From contig JBNKBE010000036.1 in assembly GCA_050287085.1 (NCBI GenBank), forward strand, positions 1 through 39,205: a DNA stretch of 39,205 nucleotides, written 5' to 3'. Numbering within the stretch: the first letter of the stretch is position 1; every line of letters begins with the position of its first letter. A program made the translations under genes and the position numbers. Below the pieces are notes generated by a model. The model did not search any database and was not told the origin of the DNA. It worked only from the letters and a program-made list of their open reading frames with translations. This document shows positions 8,725 through 16,380 of this stretch, one piece after another. The stretch is from Polyangiaceae bacterium. GTDB taxonomy: Bacteria > Myxococcota_A > Polyangia > Polyangiales > Polyangiaceae.

Positions 8725-10236
8725 ATGCCCGTTCGTACCATTTCGCGTCGTCATTGGCTGGTCGGGGCTTCGGGGTTTGGCTTAGGACTGCCGCTCCTAC
8801 GCTCGCTCTTGCCCCGCGAAGCAGACGCCGCGCCCGGCGATCGAGAACGTCGTTTCGTAGCCTTTGCGTCCGACCATGGCGGCATCGACGAGAGCGCGAT
8901 GTTCCCGACCGACGCCTCGCTCACCGAGTCGATGAACCTCTATTCCGGACACGACATTCAGCGCGGCGACTTGAGCCTGAGCGTGAACGGGGACGAGGCG
9001 ATCCTGTCTGAAGTTCTCCGAGGTCCAGTCGATCGACTGACGCCGAGCCTCGTGAGCAAGATGAACGTCTTCCGCGGTATCGACATCCCTTGGTACATCG
9101 CCCATCACACCGGCGGACACCTCGGAAACTACGCGCGCAACGATGGCAATGGTGAGGATGGTAGCGAGCTACAGCAACTACCGATGCCGACAATCGATCA
9201 GATCATGGCCTGGTCGCCCAACTTCTACAGCGATCTCTCCGGCATCCGTGAACGCTCGCTCGTCTTTGGTTCACATCGTCTCTCCTACAATTGGTCGAAT
9301 CCGTCGGAGCAGAGTGGAGACATTCAGGAGATCACCGGCGATCGGGAACCCCTCGCAGTCTTCAATCGGATCTTCGTTCCAGACGCAGATCCGAATGCCC
9401 CGCCACTCCGTCCCCCCGTCGTCGATCGAGTCTTCGCTAGCTATCAGAGCCTCCGCCAGTCCGATCGTCGATTGAGTACGGAGGATCGCCAACGCCTCGA
9501 TGATCACATGGATAGGCTCTATGAACTCGAACGGCGTCTCAACGTCAACGCCGTCCGTCGCGCGTCTTGCGGTGACGCCCCCGCACCGATGGGAGACACA
9601 AACGACATTCGCGACTTCCATCACATGATGAACGATGTCGTCGTCGCAGCGTTTCTCTGTGGCACCTCGCGCATTGCCGTCATAAAGGTAAATGAGTCGA
9701 ACTTTGTCGACTACGCGGGAGATTGGCACCAAGAGGTTGCCCACCAACACACCTTGCCCGAGCCTCAAGCTTTGATTCGACAGGCCAACCAACAGGCCTT
9801 CGAGCATGCGATCTTGGATCTCGCCCACAAGCTCAACGTCGAGGAAGGCCCGGACCAGAACGTCTTGGACAGCTGCATTCTGCAGTGGACTCAGGAATCG
9901 GGAGAAACCACACACAATGCGCGCAGTCTTCCGCTGGTCACCTTTGGTACAGCTGGCGGAAATATCAAGACGGGCAGCTACTGCGACTACGTGAAGCACA
10001 CGCCGGAGGGGCAGGTCGTGGCCTGGAGCTCGAGCATTGGCAACTCGGGCCTCTTGTATTCGCAGTGGCTCGCTCAGGCGCTGCAGTCGCTCGGGATCGA
10101 ACGCGCCGAGTTTCAGGATATCCCCAACAACGCGCCTTCCGGGTACGGATTCGAGTTCGTCGACGAGGGTTACGACGCGAGCCATTCCGATGGCGTGGTT
10201 GAAAACGCAAGCGATCCGCTTCCCTTCACGAGCTGA
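8725..10236 (+). CDS. DUF1552 (HXXSHH) family Tat-exported protein
   Basis: AGGAG RBS; twin-Arg signal ISRRHWL..LGLPLLRSL; TIDQIMA, LSTEDRQRLDDH..ELERRL and WHQEVAHQH. Lies directly after the DUF1592 gene, its usual partner. Confidence 0.9.
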   Translation: MPVRTISRRHWLVGASGFGLGLPLLRSLLPREADAAPGDRERRFVAFASDHGGIDESAMFPTDASLTESMNLYSGHDIQRGDLSLSVNGDEAILSEVLRGPVDRLTPSLVSKMNVFRGIDIPWYIAHHTGGHLGNYARNDGNGEDGSELQQLPMPTIDQIMAWSPNFYSDLSGIRERSLVFGSHRLSYNWSNPSEQSGDIQEITGDREPLAVFNRIFVPDADPNAPPLRPPVVDRVFASYQSLRQSDRRLSTEDRQRLDDHMDRLYELERRLNVNAVRRASCGDAPAPMGDTNDIRDFHHMMNDVVVAAFLCGTSRIAVIKVNESNFVDYAGDWHQEVAHQHTLPEPQALIRQANQQAFEHAILDLAHKLNVEEGPDQNVLDSCILQWTQESGETTHNARSLPLVTFGTAGGNIKTGSYCDYVKHTPEGQVVAWSSSIGNSGLLYSQWLAQALQSLGIERAEFQDIPNNAPSGYGFEFVDEGYDASHSDGVVENASDPLPFTS

Positions 10237-10244
10237 TCTGAACG

Positions 10245-11663
10245 ATGAAGAAAACTGAAGGGTTAAGCCGGTACCTTGGGATGCTCTCCATGCGTCAACT
10301 TTCGTTTCCCGCGCTCGTTGCGGGGCTCCTTTCGTCGGCTCTGCTGCTGGCCGCATGCCGCGAAGGCCATAGCGCTTCGGAGCCGAACAGAAAGCCTCGG
10401 GGTGGCGGTGACGCAGCCGCTTCCAGGGACGGCGACGCGCCTGGCGACGACGACGCTCTGGGTGATAGCGACACTGGGGTGGGTGATAGCGACGACGACG
10501 CTCCGGGTGATAGCGACACTGGAGCGAGCGATGGCGGCACTGGAGCGAGCGATGGCGGCACTGGAGCGAGCGATGGCGGCACTGGGGCGAGCGACGGTGC
10601 GGCGCGCGATGGCGATGGGGGTGGTACGGCGGGCGCCAGCGACGCGTCGTCAGCTCCCCAGGGCCTAGTTCCGGCGTTTGCCGGACAGGGTCACCTCGGT
10701 CGCACGCTGATTTCGTGTGATGACGGTCATACTTGGATCTTCGATCAAGCGGACGAGGTTGGAGACGGTACCTGTTGGAGTGGTGAAAGCGAGATCGAGT
10801 GCGATCACAATCCTGGCGCCGGACGAGGTCTCACGGCTGGAAACGGGCAGTTCTTCGCCCTATTTGGTTGGGGTGCTCCGAGCACGCTGCGCCGAACTGC
10901 AGACGGGCAAACTTGGGACACTCGAATTGGCGCGGCGCCCGAGCAGCGCTTTGGCGGAGTCGGCTACGTGGGGGACACGCTTCTGGCAGCGGGCATCACA
11001 GCGCGAGTTTCTCGCGATGATGGCCTCACCTGGTCTGAGCCGATCGACACCGGGCTCATGGGCGGCAACGTGCGGCGAGCTGGAGGCGCTGGTGCTCACT
11101 TCGTCATCGTGACGGACGAAGCGATCGTCCTGAGCGAAAACAAAGGTGACACCTGGTACGCGCCCACCGTGTTGCCGACCGGCTGTGGCGCTGGGATTCA
11201 GACGAACGGCGGCATTGCATTTGGCAATGGCGTGATCTTGGTCATGGGCAATGACGGGCTAGCGTGCGCTTCGAGTGACGGCGGCCGCAATTTCTCGGCG
11301 ACAAACATCGGTGGAAACTCGGATTCACATCTGGTGTGGTCGGGCTCCGACTTCGTCGTCTACGGCGAGGGCAATGCCTACCGCAGCGCCGATGGCAAAG
11401 CTTGGACAGTGACGCCCATGTCGCCGAGCTACCCGATCGGTCCCGTCGCCGTCAGCGACTCGGGTACATTCGTGGGGGTGGAGGACGGCTGGGGAGATAC
11501 CGTCTGGTACGAAAACCAGGAATTCTACCGCAGCGAGGATGGCATCGTCTGGGAGGCCCTGCCGGCCGGGAGCTTCACCGGCGGACATCCGATGCGCACC
11601 ATGACGTTCGGCTACATCGCAGCGAGCGAGAAGTGCCAGCCTCGGGACGCCAACCAGAACTAA
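10245..11663 (+). CDS. Lipoprotein with BNR/Asp-box (sialidase-like) beta-propeller; start may be 10281 or 10290
   Basis: Lipobox LLAAC, acidic linker, and repeated SxDxGxTW-type boxes (SCDDGHTW, TADGQTW, SRDDGLTW, SENKGDTW, SSDGGRNF, SADGKAW, SEDGIVW). Confidence 0.8.
   Translation: MKKTEGLSRYLGMLSMRQLSFPALVAGLLSSALLLAACREGHSASEPNRKPRGGGDAAASRDGDAPGDDDALGDSDTGVGDSDDDAPGDSDTGASDGGTGASDGGTGASDGGTGASDGAARDGDGGGTAGASDASSAPQGLVPAFAGQGHLGRTLISCDDGHTWIFDQADEVGDGTCWSGESEIECDHNPGAGRGLTAGNGQFFALFGWGAPSTLRRTADGQTWDTRIGAAPEQRFGGVGYVGDTLLAAGITARVSRDDGLTWSEPIDTGLMGGNVRRAGGAGAHFVIVTDEAIVLSENKGDTWYAPTVLPTGCGAGIQTNGGIAFGNGVILVMGNDGLACASSDGGRNFSATNIGGNSDSHLVWSGSDFVVYGEGNAYRSADGKAWTVTPMSPSYPIGPVAVSDSGTFVGVEDGWGDTVWYENQEFYRSEDGIVWEALPAGSFTGGHPMRTMTFGYIAASEKCQPRDANQN
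10518..10598 (+). repeat. In-frame 21-bp coding repeat (TGASDGG) x3 plus a degenerate copy
   Basis: ACTGGAGCGAGCGATGGCGGC exact three times at 10518-10580, then a variant. Confidence 0.9.
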
Positions 11664-11813
11664 CTGGACATCAAAGAGTACCCCGCCCGCACGCGAAGGA
11701 CGAGCTGGGCTCACAATTCCATCTGCGCAACAAATCGAAAGGCTCCGGTTTTCTCAATTTCACGAATTCGGGAGTCCATGCTCCCGGGGTGTTGGACACC
11801 AACACGGCCTTCG

Positions 11814-12060
11814 TCAAGTGTCATGGTCCGGGTGCTGGTGGGACACCAAGCCGCGGAACTGTTCTGCATCAGCGGCTCGCCGCGTTGTGGAAGCGCCGCC
11901 AACGGGTCAAAATGCGGCAGCCGGCGCGCCGCGTGGACTTGAATGGCCGGCGACGCCACCGTCGGGGCGTCCAGCGCGCCGATAGCCAGTTCAATGGAGG
12001 CTGCCGGCTCATAGGTGAGCGGCGTGCCGCATTCGGCGCAGAAGCCACGCCGCACCTTGC
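11814..12060 (-). pseudogene. GFA/CENP-V family remnant (5' half missing, frameshifted)
   Basis: KVRRGFCAECGTPLTYE..IELAIGALDAP is in one frame; the family-type tail LVSHQHPDHDT-stop (stop at 11814-11816) is in another. The N-terminal CxC and CHC motifs are absent. Confidence 0.75.
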
Positions 12061-12092
12061 TCAGCAATGCGCTATTGTTCAGCAATGCGCTC
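12057..12092. repeat. 18-bp tandem duplication (16/18 identical) at the sulfotransferase/GFA junction
   Basis: TTGCTCAGCAATGCGCTA followed by TTGTTCAGCAATGCGCTC. Confidence 0.85.
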
Positions 12093-13754
12093 AGCCAAGG
12101 CCGGGATCCGCTCTGCACGATAAGAGCCGTGGTTTTCTGGCCATTCGAAGCCCCAGACGACCTCTCCTTCGCGGGTAACCTCGAAGATTCGGGTAGACGT
12201 ACCGACGCCGCGCTTGCCCGCGGTTATCAGGACGTTGCCGTTGTCCAAGCGATCCACATCACCCCAGATCTGCGTCTGCCAATCGCTCGAGTACCAGGGG
12301 TCCGTCTCGAAGTTGCCCGGAAACTCCCATGTTAGGGTGGCGGTCTGCGCGGCTTCGTCCAACTTGTATTCGACTACTCTCGAGTGAAACGATCCGTTCG
12401 CCTCACCTCGCTGGAACCGGTCCCAACCCTGATTGTCGTAGACCAAGATGGTGCCGTCCGCGTGTACCTCTGGGTCGTGCGCGTCGTTGAAGCGGACCGA
12501 GTTGTCCGGCAGGTAGCTGAAATCCCCCGACTGCGAGTCTTCCATCGCGGCCCCCAGCTGCCACAATAGCTCGTCGCTTGTGCGATCCACCTTGTACACG
12601 CCTTGATAGCGACAGTTGATGTACGCGTAGCGCTCGGTTTCGTCGAAGGAGACAGAATTGAGATGACACCAATCGTTGATGCCAGGCGGTTCGATGTGGT
12701 CGTACAAATCCCAACTCCACACCACGTCGTTGTCAGCGTTCAGCTCTTCCACTCGAGCCGTGTTGGCGGATTCTCGAACGACAATGTAGTTGCCGTTCGA
12801 GAGCTTGCTCGTGTGGTGAGACAACGTGCCGACCCCGCCGCTGGGGCCTTCCCAAACTACGTTACCCTCTAGGTCCACTTCGCGCGCTGGCTGGCCGCTG
12901 GTGTTGCCGAGCAATAGGTTGCCATTCGGTAGCAAAAGCGCCGTCAGAGTGCCAGAATTGTCCACGCCCGGTCCATGGATGAAGTACCAAACGATGGCGC
13001 CCGCTTCATCTACAATCAGGGCCATGCCAGGCAGCACGGAGTTGCTAGCTGCACCGCTATTTCCGACCGTCACGTTCGTCAACGTCCACCCCGGCATCCT
13101 CGCGTCGGCCTTCTCCGGCAACATGGTCACGCTGGTCGGCACGGTGTCCGGCAAAGCGCCGGTCATAAACGTGGCTTCTCCGCTGCCCTCTGCAGCATCG
13201 GCGGCAGACACGACACGAATCTTGTACTCTTGCTGAGCGGCCATCCCAACCACATACACCCGATGCTCGGTGACCCGCTCCGGGTGAACGATTCGACGCT
13301 CGTAGCTGCTAACTCCAAACTGGACTTCGGAACTCGATGGCTCCGGGGTCGTCCAGCTGACGAAGCACCCCAGCGTCATGTTCGGATTCGCCTCGACGCG
13401 AAGATCTTCGATCTCGAGGATCCCAATCGGCTCGCCAGCTCCGCCGCCGCCCTCACCAGCGCCGCCGGTAGCGCCGCCCGCCTCCTCCGGACCGGATTGA
13501 GGAGCCTTCCCCGCCGACCCCATCCCGCCTCCACCCGGCGACTCGGGCGCCGAAGGCTCACCGCCCGCGCCGACTTGAGGGTCGCCGCCCGCCGGACTGC
13601 TCGGCGCCATCCCCGCCGCGCCGCCACCGAGCTCCGACCGTTCATGGCGAGTTTCGCCCTCGCATCCCGTGACAACACCGATCAAGACGAGAACTGCCGG
13701 CGACCAGCCCCCAAACTCCCAACGTAACGACATGGGGCTGGCTATACCGTCCAT
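12072..13754 (-). CDS. Arylsulfate sulfotransferase (ASST) family lipoprotein with N-terminal FN3-like domain; start may be 13733
   Basis: Lipobox VVTGC; FN3-like VSWTT..HRVYVVGM; ASST-type His motifs SHH, DWCHLNSV and AHDPE; end matches GDVDRLDNGNVLI..YRAERI. Confidence 0.8.
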   Translation of the reverse strand: MDGIASPMSLRWEFGGWSPAVLVLIGVVTGCEGETRHERSELGGGAAGMAPSSPAGGDPQVGAGGEPSAPESPGGGGMGSAGKAPQSGPEEAGGATGGAGEGGGGAGEPIGILEIEDLRVEANPNMTLGCFVSWTTPEPSSSEVQFGVSSYERRIVHPERVTEHRVYVVGMAAQQEYKIRVVSAADAAEGSGEATFMTGALPDTVPTSVTMLPEKADARMPGWTLTNVTVGNSGAASNSVLPGMALIVDEAGAIVWYFIHGPGVDNSGTLTALLLPNGNLLLGNTSGQPAREVDLEGNVVWEGPSGGVGTLSHHTSKLSNGNYIVVRESANTARVEELNADNDVVWSWDLYDHIEPPGINDWCHLNSVSFDETERYAYINCRYQGVYKVDRTSDELLWQLGAAMEDSQSGDFSYLPDNSVRFNDAHDPEVHADGTILVYDNQGWDRFQRGEANGSFHSRVVEYKLDEAAQTATLTWEFPGNFETDPWYSSDWQTQIWGDVDRLDNGNVLITAGKRGVGTSTRIFEVTREGEVVWGFEWPENHGSYRAERIPALAERIAEQ

Positions 13755-13847
13755 TCACAGCGCCGGCACGCCCCAGCAACAACGCGATCTGGCACCTCAG
13801 GAAAAATGACCTGGCAGCGGAGCAGACTCGCGGCACATGTCGACTTC

Positions 13848-13902
13848 CTAAGGGCCCGCGGATGGGAAAGTCAGTCGCGAGCCGGTCGAGACCGCCGCGA
13901 GG
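13848..13902 (+). repeat. Dispersed intergenic repeat, copy 1
   Basis: 46/55 identical, ungapped, to 32041-32095. Confidence 0.8.
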
Positions 13903-13980
13903 GCGCGCGACGTGCCGCCACAACCCTCGCCCAACGCCTCTAGCCGGAGACGGCGACGCGCTGCAGCTTCCGCTCTTGCA

Positions 13981-15504
13981 TCAGGGCTCTGACAAGAACA
14001 CCGCTGCCGGGCTGTCACCGACCCGCCAGTGGCGAAAGCCGATCTCGGATAGACGCGTGGCCAGCGCTTCGCGCTCGCCCGGAGGCACCTCCAGCCCACA
14101 CAGAACGCGACCGTAAGCAGCACCGTGGTTGCGGTAGTGAAATAGCGAAATGTTCCACCGCAGCCCCAACCGTTCGAGAAATTCCCCCAGAGCTCCCGGA
14201 CGTTCGGGGAATTCGAAGCTGTACAAGACCTCATTGGACGACTGCGCCGACCGCCCCCCCACCATATGACGTACGTGGGTCTTGGCCAGATCGTCTTCAC
14301 TGAGATCCACGCACGCGTACCCGCGAGCAACCAGAGCCGCGGTCAACGCCGCACTGTCTTCGCGCCCCTCCACGGCTACCCCCACGAAGATGTTCGCTTG
14401 CTCCCGCCCCGCAAGCCGATAGTTGAACTCAGTGACGCTGCGACGGGCGAGGGAGGCGCTGAACTCGAGAAACGCCCCGGGACGCTCGGGTATGGTCACG
14501 GCCAGCAACGCCTCACAATGGCGTCCTACTTCAGCGCGCTCGCCCACGTATCCAAGACGACCAAAGCTCATGTTCGCACCGGAAGCGATCGCGACCGCGG
14601 GTCCCTTCGGCGAACGCCCAGAGCTGGAGAGTCGCTTCAGGCCCGCGATCGACAGCGCCCCGGCTGGTTCCAGAATGGAGCGCGTGTCCAGAAACGCATC
14701 CTCGATTGCGCCGCATATCTCGTCGGTGTTGACACATACGACTTCATCAAGGTGGCGTCGGCACAACTCAAATGTAAGCTCACCCACTTGCTTGACGGCC
14801 ACACCGTCTGCAAAAATGCCCACCTCTGAAAGCTGAACACGGTGCCCCGCCGCAAGCGACAAGCCCATGGCGTTGGAATCTATGGGCTCCACACCGATCA
14901 CCTGTACATGGGGACGCAGTTCCTTTGTGACCGCAGCTACTCCCGCGGCAAGTCCACCGCCCCCAATCGGAACCAAGATGGCCGCGAGATCCGCGGGTGC
15001 CTGCTGCAGCAGCTCGAGTGCCACCGTACCCTGACCCGCGATGACATCCGGGTGGTCAAAAGGCGGAATGCGCACCATTCCTGTTTCTGCCGTGATCTGG
15101 TCAGCAAACGTGGCCGCTTCAGAATAGTTGTCGCCGTAGAGATCAACGGTCGCTCCAAGCTGACGCACGGCGTCCACCTTGATTTGCGGTGTAGTCTCAG
15201 GCATTACGATACGCGTAGGACAGCCAAGCTCGCGCCCGGCATATGCCACCCCTTGAGCGTGGTTACCCGCGGACGCCGCGATCACTCCACGCAGGAGCTC
15301 ACTCGCTCGCAACTGAGCGATGGCGTTGTAGGCTCCCCGCAACTTGAAGGAAAAAACAGGCGTCAAGTCTTCGCGTTTTAGGAACGTCGCCTGCCCGATC
15401 CGCCGCGACAAGCGCGGGGCGTAGTCCAGCGGCGTTGGAGCCGGCAAGATGTCCCGCACCCTCGCATTAAAAACGCGCTTCAAGGGCAAGTCGAACGCCA
15501 CCAT
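13981..15504 (-). CDS. ilvA: Threonine ammonia-lyase, biosynthetic
   Basis: KREDLTPVFSFKLRGA (PLP Lys), ASAGNHAQG, IGGGGL and FADGVAV, plus two C-terminal ACT-like domains (IPERPGAF, FPERPGAL, FHYRNHG). Start placed at ATG 15504. Confidence 0.95.
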   Translation of the reverse strand: MVAFDLPLKRVFNARVRDILPAPTPLDYAPRLSRRIGQATFLKREDLTPVFSFKLRGAYNAIAQLRASELLRGVIAASAGNHAQGVAYAGRELGCPTRIVMPETTPQIKVDAVRQLGATVDLYGDNYSEAATFADQITAETGMVRIPPFDHPDVIAGQGTVALELLQQAPADLAAILVPIGGGGLAAGVAAVTKELRPHVQVIGVEPIDSNAMGLSLAAGHRVQLSEVGIFADGVAVKQVGELTFELCRRHLDEVVCVNTDEICGAIEDAFLDTRSILEPAGALSIAGLKRLSSSGRSPKGPAVAIASGANMSFGRLGYVGERAEVGRHCEALLAVTIPERPGAFLEFSASLARRSVTEFNYRLAGREQANIFVGVAVEGREDSAALTAALVARGYACVDLSEDDLAKTHVRHMVGGRSAQSSNEVLYSFEFPERPGALGEFLERLGLRWNISLFHYRNHGAAYGRVLCGLEVPPGEREALATRLSEIGFRHWRVGDSPAAVFLSEP

Positions 15505-15527
15505 GGTCGTGGCGCTACCATATCCAG

Positions 15528-16328
15528 GTGAGCGAGAGCAATCGGACGCTCCGAGAACATCCGACCGCACCCACATTGCCACGCAAAGTGCGACACAAAG
15601 AGCGAAGACGGCCCCTTGCGACGACGCGCGCGGCCGTGCTCAATAATGACGTGAACAGCGAGCGAAGACGCCGGAGCTCAGCCCCCATCAGCCAACAGCT
15701 GGTATCAGGTCTCTCTGAAATCGAAGCAGGGGGGGGTGAAGACATCCTGAGCCGTCCGCCCCCTGCCGTGCTGATACGCCCTGCGGCCATAGGAGCACCT
15801 GACCTCGGCACTAGGGCCGAAACAGAAGGCGTCCAGGCTGAGGCTGACGCTGAGCGCGCCCAGGCTGAGGCTGAGCGCACTGACGCTGAGCGCACTGACG
15901 CTGAGCGCGCTGACGCTGAGCGCGCCCCCAACCACAACCGTAGCCACGAGGGAGCGCTCCTCCAGCCTGAAGTCCGCCCCAAGCGCCGCTCCGCTCGCGA
16001 ACGCCGCGTTCGGCGCCGCGCAAGACAGCAGAAGAAAGGAGCTGAGAAAGCCGCGCGCAAAACGCAACGCAGCGTCGAGCAGAAGAAGGAACTGCCCGCC
16101 CGCCCCACGGCTAAGACGTCCCCGCAAGGCCCGCAACGGAAGCGACGCCATCCCATGCGGCCGCCGAGAGAGCAAGAACACGCCCCCACACCGCCCGCAC
16201 AAACGCCCCGGCCCAAGCGGGCTGCCGCCGATGGCGCCTTACGCGCGCGCCCCAGCGCGGCCGGGGCCACGCTAGGGTTGCTCGCATTGGCGATCGCGCT
16301 CGCGGCCGTGTGGTTGTTGCGGCGCTAA
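15528..16328 (+). CDS. Hypothetical low-complexity protein with C-terminal membrane anchor; start uncertain (possibly GTG 15651)
   Basis: AERTD repeats, a basic/Pro-rich region, and terminal LGLLALAIALAAVWLLRR-stop. Confidence 0.55.
   Translation: MSESNRTLREHPTAPTLPRKVRHKERRRPLATTRAAVLNNDVNSERRRRSSAPISQQLVSGLSEIEAGGGEDILSRPPPAVLIRPAAIGAPDLGTRAETEGVQAEADAERAQAEAERTDAERTDAERADAERAPNHNRSHEGALLQPEVRPKRRSARERRVRRRARQQKKGAEKAARKTQRSVEQKKELPARPTAKTSPQGPQRKRRHPMRPPREQEHAPTPPAQTPRPKRAAADGALRARPSAAGATLGLLALAIALAAVWLLRR
15870..15926 (+). repeat. In-frame 15-bp repeat GCTGAGCGC(A/G)CTGAC x3.8
   Basis: Directly visible; encodes AERTD/AERAD. Confidence 0.85.
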
Positions 16329-16380
16329 CCCGCCAAGAGGCGCCGGCCGCTGCAATACACGCGCCCCAGGGCGCCCTGTC

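Noticed and set aside
9271..10356. 361-aa minus-strand ORF, and similar long alternative-frame ORFs such as 11336-12178, 12975-13727 and 25285-26208
   Set aside because: They overlap well-supported genes and have Arg/Ala-rich shadow composition without domains.
16270..16328. MYXO-CTERM sorting signal
   Set aside because: A TM plus RR is present, but the preceding GC-x-type Cys motif and an N-terminal signal peptide are missing.
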